Shown here: piece by piece, positions 1 to 10,009 of the stretch
How positions within the stretch are numbered: position 1 is the stretch's first letter
How the letters are laid out: each line of letters opens with the position of its first letter
IMG/VR virus record: IMGVR_UViG_3300025133_005691
Span: 1 to 44,352 of that record
Source: a virus
Lineage: Duplodnaviria; Caudoviricetes
DNA length: 44,352 nt
Direction: 5' to 3' (one strand)
Program-made: the position numbers and the translations under genes
Notes under the pieces: generated by a model
Database searches by the model: none
Seen by the model: only the letters and a program-made list of their open reading frames with translations
What the model was told of the DNA's origin: nothing

Positions 1-2
1 TG

Positions 3-119
3 TCGCAGAAGCATAACAACATACACAGCAATCTGTCCCAGTACGAGGGAACGACTGCCGCAGAATGGCAGGCTCGCGTGGATGCGTTACTAGCCAGTAC
101 TAATGGAATTGTGGAGTAG
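3..119 (+). CDS. 3' end of a truncated hypothetical protein
   Basis: Open frame from the window edge (SQKHNN...NGIVE) to TAG 117-119, followed by GGAG RBS and ATG 128. Confidence 0.6.
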   Translation, partial: SQKHNNIHSNLSQYEGTTAAEWQARVDALLASTNGIVE

Positions 120-127
120 GAGTAATC

Positions 128-3100
128 ATGTCGATCTGTTCAGAGACAACGCAACTGAAAGACACGGTGCTGCATCTGTTGGCATCGTCGGGTACTGCCG
201 ACGATCAGACCAACTACGGGAATGACGGCAGTTTTCAGGGCGGCATGGGTACGGCTGAAGGCACGCAGGGGCTGGAGTATGTGTTTGATGGTGCGGGGCA
301 GTATATTAGCGTGCCAGATGACATATCGCTAGACGTTAGCACGGCCTTGACAGTCTCGTTCTGGTTCAAGAAAGACGACCTAATCACATACGGTGCTTTT
401 GCTGGGAAGTACCTGTCTGGTTCTGAAAGGTCGTTTATCATTCGCACAGACAACAGTGCTGGAAAGCTAGTCTGGCTGGAGTATGACGGAGCAACCCGTC
501 CGATTCTCACATCAGATGCCGCGTTCGTCGCTAACGTGTGGACTCATGTGACAGTTGTGAAAAGTGGTGCGAGCGTGACGTTTCACGTCAACGGTGTGGC
601 GATTGGTGACGACAGCACGGCGATGAACGCGACACTTGCCGCCACGACGCAACCACTACAGGTTGGAAATTATGCGGATGGTGCGGGCGATCAGTTGGCT
701 GGCAGCATGAAAGACATCCGCATAATCTCCCGTGCAATCACCGTCACCGAAATTCGCGAACTTTACAACGCCACCGCACGCCCAACGCTCGACAATGAGG
801 TACTGAAACTCCAGCCAGCGACAGGGCTGGTGGATCAGTCGGCAGCGGGGCAAGCGAACAGCACGTATGTCGGTGATGCTGGAGTGGTTGGGCGTCGGTT
901 TGAGTTTGATGGTAGCGGGGATTACATCACGCTCGGTGATTCGATTGCGTTCTCTGGTGACAGGTCGGTATCGTTTTGGTGTTACCTGAACTCACGGCCA
1001 GGCATGCCACTAGGCGGTGCGTCGGGGAATTACTATCCGTACATCTCGGTGTCGCAAATTCAAATAGCTTCAACCGCTGGTAGTTCTTCGTGGGCCAAAA
1101 CAGTGCCTACCGGCGAATGGGTGCACATCGCGATAACTGGCGACGGAACGACGGCGACACTCTATTACAATGGAGTCAGCCAGGGCACGGCAACAGACCG
1201 CTCACCGACGATCTCAACGATTGCCGCATACGCGGCGGGCACAGAAGAAATTGACGGCTCCCTCGACGACATCAGAATTTTCTCATCCGCCCTAACCGCA
1301 GCCGAAGTCCTCCAACTGTACGAGGGTCGCCCCGGCTGGGAACCATCCGTCGCCCCGAGACAACTGCCCGGCACTGTCCTGCATCTGGAGGCCGCGACAG
1401 GCGAACGGGACCAGAGCTATTACGGGCGGAATTGCACGTTCAACGGGACCAACATTGCCGCAGATTCCAGCAGTGATGCTTTTGTGTTTAATGGGTCGGA
1501 CGATTACATCGATTTAGGTGGAGCACCGTTGCAGGGCGTAGACTCATTCGCTGTATCGCTATGGCTTAACCCTGATAGCGTATCAGGTAACTGGATAGGC
1601 AAATACTCTGGATTCGCAAACCCAGGCACCGACGTGCAGATGATGATCCGCAATGCCACGCAGCTATTCGTGAAAAACGTGGCGGGGTCAATATCGCAAG
1701 CTAACGGGGCAGCAATAACCACCGGAGCGTGGTGGCACATTGTGGGGGTTGGTGACGGAACAAATATTACACTTTACGTTAATGGGGTCGCTGGTACGCC
1801 AGTGGCACTATCGGGGCCATATTTCCCAACAACGTCTGATAGTTGGGTGGTCGGCAACGCTCACGGAACGCCTACAGACGGCTCCATCCGTGATATCCGA
1901 ATTCTCAACACCGCCCTCTCCGCAGATTCCGTCGCCCTGCTGTACAACCGTGGATGTGCGAACTACCGACCGCCAGGGCTGCTCGGCGGCGAGCAGTTGG
2001 CGTTGATGATGAGTCGCCACGAAGTCGGGGTGCTTCCTGGCACGGTGCTTCAACTCGATGGCAGCACTGAATATGCGGACCAGTCTGGGCTGGGGAATGA
2101 CGCGACGAACAGTGGGACGACGATCACGGATGGGAAGTTTGTTTTTGATGGGGTGTCGGATTATATCTCTCAAGACATGCCGTCGCATAATGGATTCGCC
2201 AGCGGCACAATAGCGGTATGGTTTAAGGCGGATGCGTCACAGGTAACGAACGCGAGGCTTGTCTCAATAGGCGAGGACGCGGCGAATCAGGTGGAGTTTT
2301 TTATTGATGCAGCGAAGAAGTTAAACGCATTTGCATATATAAGCTGGGCAGTACAGTTTAACTTCGTCTCAGATTCCACGGTCAACGACGACGCATGGCA
2401 TCACGGCGTGATGACGTGGGAGAGTAATTCTGCCCTCATGTATGTCGATGGCACGCTCCAGGCAGCAAGCGATACAAGCACAGCGGTCTCGCTAACGTCA
2501 GCGGCTGGAAAGTTGTCGATAGGAGAAAAATTCGACATTAGCGGCAAAGTGTTTAACGGCGAACTCGACGACATCCGAATCTTCAACCGTGCCCTATCCG
2601 CCGCAGAAATCACCACCCTTTACAACAACACGATTCAGGACGAATCAGCAAACGGAAACCACGGCGTGATGACGAACGGGGCGTATGTTGGGGAGGACGA
2701 TGAGATCGTTTTGGATGGGGTTGATGATTACGTGGACTGTGGTGCGTCGACCCCAGCGATTGGGACGGGTGATTTAACGATATCGGCGTGGTATTACCGT
2801 GAGACCTCAGACACGAATAACCGCAGACTGCTGGCGACTGGTGGAGCGACTGGGACGCAGGCAGGGTATGCAATAATGGCGAATCAGTCACAAGTACGAT
2901 TGCGGGTATCAGATGGGACTAACTCGGTGCTGGATGGACCGACTCTGACACTTGCGACATGGCAGCATATTGCAGCGGTGGTTGACAACACGACGAACGA
3001 GGCTTACGTGTATTTAGACGGAGCATTGGAAACCACTATCGACATATCGTCGCTCGGATCGGTAGCCAACACCACCAACCTGCTGATCGGGTATGGACAC

Positions 3101-3910
3101 ACGCCGGGGACAGAGTGGCCAGGCTCCATCCGCGACGCCAGAATCTTCAACCGTGCCCTATCAGCCGCCGAGATCCTCGCCCTCGCATCCGAATACGAAT
3201 TCCAGGTGCCGAACACACGCGGCAGCGTTCTGGGAATCGTGCCGAGCTATTTTGATACCGAAGCAGACGTGACGGCGATTGATTGGTCGGGATTTGGCAA
3301 TGCGGGCGTGCTGACGAATGGGCCGACTTATACGGCAGACGTTGACGAGGGTGGGACGCGGGCGATTGAGTTTGATGGGGTGAATGACAGAGTGGAGGTC
3401 GCCCCGCACTCCATCGCAGACGCACTTCCGTGGTCTGTTGCGATGTGGATATATCGAGCTACAGGCTATGAGTCGGTGGAAGGGCTGTACGGTAACGGGG
3501 GGGCAGCTTCGCGTGCTTTTTTCTACAACAACACGGTGCTGTATGTTTTTAATGAGGCCGACACCCAATCCACCACTTTTGCGGTGAGTCCGGCAATAGA
3601 CGGGTGGACTCATATCACACTCGTTTGCGACGGGACCGCAGCGAGCAACCTGTCATACTACGAAGACGGGGTTTTCGGTTCAACGAAAACGCTCGCCGCT
3701 TCTGATCACGTATGGACACACTTCGCTGCGTACAGCACCTCCTCGGATACGATAATCGGAAAAATGGACGACACCTACATTTTCGACCGTGCCCTATCCC
3801 TCGACGAAATAAAAGCACTGGCGTCAACACGAAATTACTTCAACTGTCCGGTAGCTGAAGCCAATCTGTTTGGAGACGCTATCAAGATATGGATGGGGCT
3901 TACTCACTAA
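128..3910 (+). CDS. Multi-LamG (concanavalin A-like) domain protein, putative virion adhesin/receptor-binding protein
   Basis: Six repeats of D-x-S-x-x-G-N...FDGxxDY...W-x-H...LYxNG...GxxDDIRIxxRAL; more GC-rich and CpG-rich than the backbone. Confidence 0.85.
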   Translation: MSICSETTQLKDTVLHLLASSGTADDQTNYGNDGSFQGGMGTAEGTQGLEYVFDGAGQYISVPDDISLDVSTALTVSFWFKKDDLITYGAFAGKYLSGSERSFIIRTDNSAGKLVWLEYDGATRPILTSDAAFVANVWTHVTVVKSGASVTFHVNGVAIGDDSTAMNATLAATTQPLQVGNYADGAGDQLAGSMKDIRIISRAITVTEIRELYNATARPTLDNEVLKLQPATGLVDQSAAGQANSTYVGDAGVVGRRFEFDGSGDYITLGDSIAFSGDRSVSFWCYLNSRPGMPLGGASGNYYPYISVSQIQIASTAGSSSWAKTVPTGEWVHIAITGDGTTATLYYNGVSQGTATDRSPTISTIAAYAAGTEEIDGSLDDIRIFSSALTAAEVLQLYEGRPGWEPSVAPRQLPGTVLHLEAATGERDQSYYGRNCTFNGTNIAADSSSDAFVFNGSDDYIDLGGAPLQGVDSFAVSLWLNPDSVSGNWIGKYSGFANPGTDVQMMIRNATQLFVKNVAGSISQANGAAITTGAWWHIVGVGDGTNITLYVNGVAGTPVALSGPYFPTTSDSWVVGNAHGTPTDGSIRDIRILNTALSADSVALLYNRGCANYRPPGLLGGEQLALMMSRHEVGVLPGTVLQLDGSTEYADQSGLGNDATNSGTTITDGKFVFDGVSDYISQDMPSHNGFASGTIAVWFKADASQVTNARLVSIGEDAANQVEFFIDAAKKLNAFAYISWAVQFNFVSDSTVNDDAWHHGVMTWESNSALMYVDGTLQAASDTSTAVSLTSAAGKLSIGEKFDISGKVFNGELDDIRIFNRALSAAEITTLYNNTIQDESANGNHGVMTNGAYVGEDDEIVLDGVDDYVDCGASTPAIGTGDLTISAWYYRETSDTNNRRLLATGGATGTQAGYAIMANQSQVRLRVSDGTNSVLDGPTLTLATWQHIAAVVDNTTNEAYVYLDGALETTIDISSLGSVANTTNLLIGYGHTPGTEWPGSIRDARIFNRALSAAEILALASEYEFQVPNTRGSVLGIVPSYFDTEADVTAIDWSGFGNAGVLTNGPTYTADVDEGGTRAIEFDGVNDRVEVAPHSIADALPWSVAMWIYRATGYESVEGLYGNGGAASRAFFYNNTVLYVFNEADTQSTTFAVSPAIDGWTHITLVCDGTAASNLSYYEDGVFGSTKTLAASDHVWTHFAAYSTSSDTIIGKMDDTYIFDRALSLDEIKALASTRNYFNCPVAEANLFGDAIKIWMGLTH

Positions 3911-4000
3911 TTTGAAACGAATAGATAATTAAAACTTACTGACTAGGGGTTCCCATATTCGGTGTTTCCCCATAAACATCCTAATTAAAGGACAAGAGCA

Positions 4001-4354
4001 ATGACTGAACGTAACGGAATGACCCTTAACGGGTACACACGGGAAGTAGATGTGCCTGATGGTTTTACGGATAAGATGATTGAAGCGTTTGCTGTATTAG
4101 GAAACTATACAGCTACGATAAAGAATCCAGTACCTCGCCCACCAGAGGGAGAAGAGGGTGACTGGGAACCTCAAATCCCTAATCCTCAGAATAAAGCTGA
4201 CTTTTGTATGTCAGAGGTTCGGGATTGGATGTTTCAGAAAGTCGAGCAAGCGGCACTGCAGGTCATCCACACTGCTTCTCGGGAGTCGCAGACTGAAGTA
4301 AGGCGGGCCGCCGACATAGCCAAAGAGAATATCGTGACTGTGGAAGTAGTTTAG
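4001..4354 (+). CDS. Hypothetical protein
   Basis: 117-aa ORF with AAGGA RBS, co-oriented. Confidence 0.7.
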   Translation: MTERNGMTLNGYTREVDVPDGFTDKMIEAFAVLGNYTATIKNPVPRPPEGEEGDWEPQIPNPQNKADFCMSEVRDWMFQKVEQAALQVIHTASRESQTEVRRAADIAKENIVTVEVV

Positions 4355-4389
4355 TTTCTAGTTAACCTCCTCAAGAAAGAAGAAGAACG

Positions 4390-4629
4390 ATGAGCACTCC
4401 TGAAAATGAAATGACTTGTGAACAGGCTATCGGTCTGTTGGATTCTGTGATCAGCAGAGTAACTGCTCCTGCCCTTAATAGGCAGGACCAAAATATGTTG
4501 AGTATAGCACTGAACACTTTGGTCAAAGCAACTACACAACCGACGCCTGTTAAGTCTCCTCCTCCTCCAGCGAAACCTTCTGGGAAGACCAGTAAGGTTT
4601 CCAAGAAGACTGCATCCTCTAAATCTTAG
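4390..4629 (+). CDS. Hypothetical protein with Pro/Lys/Ser-rich tail
   Basis: 79-aa ORF in operon context. Confidence 0.6.
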   Translation: MSTPENEMTCEQAIGLLDSVISRVTAPALNRQDQNMLSIALNTLVKATTQPTPVKSPPPPAKPSGKTSKVSKKTASSKS

Positions 4630-4637
4630 GATCTCTC

Positions 4638-5396
4638 ATGGCAACTCAAACAGTACTAATGGTAGCACCTCGTCTCCCTGGAACAGTTACAATGAAACTG
4701 TTTACAGTAGAGACAGATACCCTGATAGGTACTTCTGCGACTGCAACTCAAGGTACAAATGATCAAACCTTCTATACTGCAGACTTCACAGATGTAGCTG
4801 GGGCTACTGCATCGGGAGTTCGCTTCCGATGCGTACTGTTTGATGATGCCATTGAAATCGTTAGTGATCATGTGACCATCACAAACACCACTGACGATTT
4901 CCCTGTAGAGGGGCTTCAAGTTTCGGGTGGATTTACGGATGCGGATCTTGCTGCTATTATTGCAGGGGTAACTGCTGTAGCTGATAACATCCAACAAGCA
5001 CAATCAGGAGTACTTACGGCATACGAAAAGGCTACCTGGACCCAACAGTTAACTGACCTTATCGTCCTCACTGGTTACGATGAGATCGTTTTTACATTGA
5101 AACGGAATAAGTATGACCTGGATGCTGATGCTCTCCTTAAAGTATCAGATATCAGTGGTCTCCAGATTCTTAATGGGGTAGCACAAACAGTTCCTAATAC
5201 GGATGCTACCCTTACCGTAGATCAAGAGACTCCTACCGGAGAGGTTACCTTGGTAGTCAACTCTGACATCATGGCAAGTATCCCAGTCGGTACTTGGATT
5301 GATGGATTCAAGAAACTAGAAACTGCCGGTACAGACGATGTACTACGAGCAGGGAAAACAATAGTCAGAGATTCTGGAGTAGATGAGACTTCATAA
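4638..5396 (+). CDS. Putative virion structural protein (acidic, beta-rich; C-terminus reminiscent of BppU-like domains)
   Basis: 252 aa, Thr/Asp/Val-rich; fold assignment is an impression only. Confidence 0.5.
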   Translation: MATQTVLMVAPRLPGTVTMKLFTVETDTLIGTSATATQGTNDQTFYTADFTDVAGATASGVRFRCVLFDDAIEIVSDHVTITNTTDDFPVEGLQVSGGFTDADLAAIIAGVTAVADNIQQAQSGVLTAYEKATWTQQLTDLIVLTGYDEIVFTLKRNKYDLDADALLKVSDISGLQILNGVAQTVPNTDATLTVDQETPTGEVTLVVNSDIMASIPVGTWIDGFKKLETAGTDDVLRAGKTIVRDSGVDETS

Positions 5397-5425
5397 TAAG
5401 AGCTGACAAATGGAAAGAATAAGGA

Positions 5426-7342
5426 ATGACTCCCCCCAAGAAAAAGAAGGGTCGCAGACGTACCAGACCTGAATCATTGTTCATCGACGGGAAGGTTAGT
5501 ATCGACCTTCCTTGTCCCATCCACAAAGACGAGGAGTTAATTGGTTACGAATGGAAAAAAACAAACCTGATTGATCTGCTAAATCTAATCCCCATGTACT
5601 CCCCTTTCACGGAGGCTAAGGGATTTCATTTTAGTACTGAAGAAGCTGCCAGGATCATTCACTTTGTAGTCAATGAATGTGTATTCCCTGAAGGTAAGTT
5701 GACTGGTAAACCTTTCATCCCGGAGAAATGGCAATGGTCAATTTACCTCAACACTTACTGTTGGTTCAGTGATGATAAGCCAGACATCAGACGCTTCAAC
5801 GAAGTCTTCATATACGTGCCTAGGAAGAACGGCAAGACGACCGCCTTCGGGGCAGTTCCTGCTCTCATCTCTATCTTTGTCGATCCTGAACCTCGATCTC
5901 AGAACTTTTGTTGTGCAGCCGACGTGGAACAAGCCTCTCTCAACTTCAGACATGCTGCTTACATGGTGGAACAGAACCCTAGACTTTTGAACCGCTTGAC
6001 TCAAGGGAAAGTGAGGCACGGTACACGGTACATGGAACACAACAATGGTAAGACTCTTAAAGTTCTTTCTTCTATAGCGGAAACAAAGCATGGTCTTTCC
6101 CCAAACTACGTCGGAGTGGATGAGCTTCATGCACACAAATCCTCGGAACTCGTCGATGTCATGGAGACCGGAACTGCCGCCCGAGACAGTCCCCTCATGC
6201 TCCATACCACAACTGCTGACTACGACCGTCCGTCACTCTGCAACGATATTTACAAAAGATCTCTTGCCCTCGCCAAGGGGCTACAGTCCAACCCTCATTC
6301 ATTACCAGTAATATACGAAGCCCTACCCACAGATGATTGGGAAGACCCCAGAATCTGGAAGAGGGCTAACCCTAACTTCGGAGTAAGTATCAGAGAGAGG
6401 TACTTCCGAAAAGAACTGAACAAAGTAAAGAACAGTCCTAAGCTACTCAATCGTTTTCTAAGGCTTCACCTCAATGTACGCACTGCCGTTGAAACAACGT
6501 GGATCTACCCCCATGTCTGGGCAGGCTCGAACCCATCGGCTAAGGATGTTCTTTCCCCAGAGGAAATCCGTGCCAGTATGGAACTCTATCCAGACTGGTT
6601 CTCCGTACTTGAGACAGAGCATTGGAATTCCACTTCCATCGACATCTTTCTTCAAGAGTATTCCCAGTACTTCACTTGGTTCTTCCGCAAGGTTGAAGAT
6701 CTCCAGGGTTCTCCTTGCTTTGGAGGGTATGATAACTCGGCATCAAAAGATATTGCGTCTCTCACATTATGGTTCCCCGAAACTCATGATTTACTTAGTT
6801 GGAACTGGGTTCCTGCTGAATCTATTGAAACAAGAGCTATCGAGGATAACATCCCGTACAAGAACTGGCACTCCTGCGGACTTGTCAACAACACCCCTAT
6901 GCAGACCATCGACGAACAGCACATCGTCAATGCGATGCTCGGAAACAAAGGGACAGGTATCCTTGAGCACTTCGAAGATGTCAACACGGTAGCTTTTGAC
7001 GCATGGGGCGTTAACTGGATCATGGGTCAACTGGACCAATACGGATTAAATGTCAGACGATATCCTCAATCCTTTGCAGGAATGAATCAACCATGTAAGA
7101 CCCTTGAGACCTTTCTGGATCAGAAGCAATTCTTCCACGGAGGGAATCCAGTGTTGGAATGGATGATCAGTAACACAATGGTTACTCAGGACAACAACGA
7201 TAAGATTCGACCTTGTAGAAAGAACTCTACAGACAAGATAGACGGCATCGTCAGTAGCCTAATGGCCCTGGGTGCATGGATGTTCGACGAAGACCAGTTG
7301 ATAGATGAGATACCTGGACTAAACACTCAAGAGGCAAACTAA
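5426..7342 (+). CDS. terL: Terminase large subunit
   Basis: Walker A VPRKNGKT, Walker B VGVDELH, TTTA coupling motif, C-terminal KIDGIVS nuclease motif. Confidence 0.95.
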   Translation: MTPPKKKKGRRRTRPESLFIDGKVSIDLPCPIHKDEELIGYEWKKTNLIDLLNLIPMYSPFTEAKGFHFSTEEAARIIHFVVNECVFPEGKLTGKPFIPEKWQWSIYLNTYCWFSDDKPDIRRFNEVFIYVPRKNGKTTAFGAVPALISIFVDPEPRSQNFCCAADVEQASLNFRHAAYMVEQNPRLLNRLTQGKVRHGTRYMEHNNGKTLKVLSSIAETKHGLSPNYVGVDELHAHKSSELVDVMETGTAARDSPLMLHTTTADYDRPSLCNDIYKRSLALAKGLQSNPHSLPVIYEALPTDDWEDPRIWKRANPNFGVSIRERYFRKELNKVKNSPKLLNRFLRLHLNVRTAVETTWIYPHVWAGSNPSAKDVLSPEEIRASMELYPDWFSVLETEHWNSTSIDIFLQEYSQYFTWFFRKVEDLQGSPCFGGYDNSASKDIASLTLWFPETHDLLSWNWVPAESIETRAIEDNIPYKNWHSCGLVNNTPMQTIDEQHIVNAMLGNKGTGILEHFEDVNTVAFDAWGVNWIMGQLDQYGLNVRRYPQSFAGMNQPCKTLETFLDQKQFFHGGNPVLEWMISNTMVTQDNNDKIRPCRKNSTDKIDGIVSSLMALGAWMFDEDQLIDEIPGLNTQEAN

Positions 7343-9273
7343 TGTTCAACCCCTTGGCCCTGCTCAAGAAGAAGAAGAATGATCCATCTAAAGAGATCAT
7401 TCAAGCTGAAACTCAAATGGTTAACTCGGTATTCAATACCGGAGGGAACGCACTAACCTGGAAACAGATCTTTGGGAACTACAATCCCAAACAGATGAGA
7501 GGCACTTCTAAGCAATTGGAGTTGTCTGCAATCTATTGTGCAGTCAACATGTACATCGGATCCATCACTTCTTTACCTCGTTTCACTCAGCGAATAGCTC
7601 CAGGGAGTCAACGACCTCTTCGTTACGTTAAAACAACAGAACACCCTGCTTCTCGCATCTGGTCTCACTATGCCAATGACGAGTTGTCTGCAGATGATCT
7701 GATGAAGTTAATGATCCACGATGTCATGTGGGCAGACGGAAACTTCTACGCATTAAAACATAAGGATGTACAAGGACGAACTTCCCGTATCACCTACATC
7801 CATTACAGCCGCATCCCCCGAGGTAACATTAAAAGAGCAGAAGGAGGAGAGAAGATCTCCCGTGGACCTGCGGCCCGTAGAGGAGAACTTATCTACACTG
7901 TGCAGGCAGGAGAAGACTTCGAGACTGATGCTTATCTTATCCTTCGTAAGGAGGACTTAGTTCATATCAAAGGCAACGTACCAGACCCTGAGTACTTCCG
8001 GTCTATGGGAGTCATGGAGAATAATGCACGCTCCGCAGGGCTGTACGATGCCGCAGAAGAGATGGGCTCTAAGTTCTACAGTCGCGGCTACACTAACCAA
8101 ATGTTTCTCAGTACCGATGCCAAGCTCACTCCTAAAGCAAGGCAGGGTATGGAGGACACAATGAACAATACCCATTCAGATACTGCCTTGGAGGATATCT
8201 TCAAGACCCGTATCCTTGAACAGGGATTGAAACCAATTCATGTAGGTATGCCTCTGGAACAAATGCAGTTCATCGAAACCCGTGCTTTCTCCGTAGAAGA
8301 CGTAGGTCGATGGTTCTCCATTCCTCCTGTTCTCCTTCACATGGTAATGGGAACCAAGACCTCAGATCCTGACTACGCTGCTACCATGTCCTTCTGGGTT
8401 CAGAATGGACTGGGTAACATGATGACCAACCTTGCTAACGGTTTCCGTGATAACATCCTACCTCGTCCTTCGCAGACCTTATTCAGGTTCGACTTCAATC
8501 GTCTCCATCTCTACAAGACTATCCTCAGCGACTTCTCCGCAGCTCTAAGGAACCTCTTTGAGATCGGAGCAATTGATCGTTTGACGATGTCAGAACTTCT
8601 TGGTGTCTTCCTTGATCCTGGAGATAAAACCAATACTCAACGATATGTACCTTCCAACCTTGTCACTGTCGAACATTCCCTTCAACTGGAAGAGAAAGCT
8701 AAGAAGTCTATCGATGTCATGGACGAGCAGCTTGAAGACATGAAGGTAGACCGAGACCAGAAGAAAGAGACTCATGCTCAAGGGTTGGAGACTCAGAAGA
8801 AGATCAACGAGGGTATGGTCAACGCTCCAGTTGAAACACCGGGACAAGATTCTAACGATCAATCACAGGATGATACCAACCAGGACAAGAAGACCCGTGC
8901 AGTCCCCACCCGAGAGGACAACAATAAACCCAAGGTCAACAACCTGACTCGACTGGCTCTCTATAACACTCTGAAAGGTCTTAACGAATACCAAGTAAGA
9001 GTATTGAATCAGAAAGCCAAGTCTCGACCAGACGACCTGCCTGCTGCAATGAATGAATGGAACCCTAAGTTTCAGGAAAAGGTAAATGAGACTCTGAACG
9101 AATGGAACCCAATCATTGAACAGTTTGAAGACTTCCCTGCTCTTGACGATTGGACAACTCTCAATCTGGCATTAGAAGATGGAGTTAAATCCATGAGTGC
9201 CGCTGACGCTGCAGAGTTCACTACCACTAACTTCGAAAAACTATTCAGCTTCCTCAAAGGAGAATCAGAATGA
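7342..9273 (+). CDS. Portal protein (HK97-like) with C-terminal extension
   Basis: SAIYCAVN, GNFYAL, LVHIKG, QFIETR...VGRWFSIPP motifs; follows terL. Confidence 0.9.
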   Translation: MFNPLALLKKKKNDPSKEIIQAETQMVNSVFNTGGNALTWKQIFGNYNPKQMRGTSKQLELSAIYCAVNMYIGSITSLPRFTQRIAPGSQRPLRYVKTTEHPASRIWSHYANDELSADDLMKLMIHDVMWADGNFYALKHKDVQGRTSRITYIHYSRIPRGNIKRAEGGEKISRGPAARRGELIYTVQAGEDFETDAYLILRKEDLVHIKGNVPDPEYFRSMGVMENNARSAGLYDAAEEMGSKFYSRGYTNQMFLSTDAKLTPKARQGMEDTMNNTHSDTALEDIFKTRILEQGLKPIHVGMPLEQMQFIETRAFSVEDVGRWFSIPPVLLHMVMGTKTSDPDYAATMSFWVQNGLGNMMTNLANGFRDNILPRPSQTLFRFDFNRLHLYKTILSDFSAALRNLFEIGAIDRLTMSELLGVFLDPGDKTNTQRYVPSNLVTVEHSLQLEEKAKKSIDVMDEQLEDMKVDRDQKKETHAQGLETQKKINEGMVNAPVETPGQDSNDQSQDDTNQDKKTRAVPTREDNNKPKVNNLTRLALYNTLKGLNEYQVRVLNQKAKSRPDDLPAAMNEWNPKFQEKVNETLNEWNPIIEQFEDFPALDDWTTLNLALEDGVKSMSAADAAEFTTTNFEKLFSFLKGESE

Positions 9274-9998
9274 CCTGTATCGTACTTAACCGCGTAAGCG
9301 TTGGTAACAGCCGCTCCAAGGAGCAGGTGCTCAACGTAGTAGACGGGAATACCATTGAATTGTTCGACAACATCGTCAAATGGAAGCCTGATCAGGACTC
9401 AGGGGTCTCAGATGAGGCTGTAACGAACTTGATGGGAGAATTGGATGGAGATGTCACCTTTGCCGTAAACAGCCAAGGAGGGGACGTGGGAGCCTCTCTG
9501 GGCATCTACAATGCCATCAAGCAGTATGACAGAGGTAAAACCACCGGAATAGTCACCGGATATGCCTTTTCCTCTGCTGGATGGATACCTCAGGCTTGCG
9601 ACAATCGCCGTATAGCCACTGGAGGTATCTTTATGACTCATAATCCTCAGATGCGTCCTCCTATCGGTTCTCTGGACGACATTGAATCAGTAAAGAACCA
9701 GTGGATGGTCCACAAGAAGTCCATTGTAGACATCTTCCATGAGGCTACAAACCTCTCTACTGAGGAGATCTCGGGAATGATGGACGCCACCACCTGGTTG
9801 TCTGCAGAAGAAGCAGTAAACAAAGGGTTTTTCGACTCTATCGATAAGCAGGATGCCAATCTGGCAGCACTGAACTACGGTGCTCCTGAGGATATCCCTG
9901 AGAACCTATACCAAACACAGAATACAGTCGATCCATCGTCAGAAATACTGGCAATGAAACGACAACGGAACAACCTTCTCCTCCAGCGAAGAACTTAG
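9270..9998 (+). CDS. ClpP-type prohead protease
   Basis: VNSQGGDV, GYAFSSAG (Ser), FMTHNP (His), TWLSAEEAVNKGFFD. Confidence 0.92.
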   Translation: MTCIVLNRVSVGNSRSKEQVLNVVDGNTIELFDNIVKWKPDQDSGVSDEAVTNLMGELDGDVTFAVNSQGGDVGASLGIYNAIKQYDRGKTTGIVTGYAFSSAGWIPQACDNRRIATGGIFMTHNPQMRPPIGSLDDIESVKNQWMVHKKSIVDIFHEATNLSTEEISGMMDATTWLSAEEAVNKGFFDSIDKQDANLAALNYGAPEDIPENLYQTQNTVDPSSEILAMKRQRNNLLLQRRT

Positions 9999-10009
9999 GG
10001 GAATAAGGG

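Noticed and set aside
2120-2625. Long RNA hairpin pairing the G/U-rich start with the C/A-rich end of a LamG domain
   Set aside because: Manual reverse-complement comparison showed only compositional, not extended, complementarity
128-3910. Diversity-generating retroelement targeting the adhesin
   Set aside because: No reverse transcriptase and no TR/VR pair with adenine-specific mismatches in the window; the missing left end cannot be excluded
6520-6705. Intein in TerL
   Set aside because: Too short and lacks the N-terminal C/S block and C-terminal HN splice motifs
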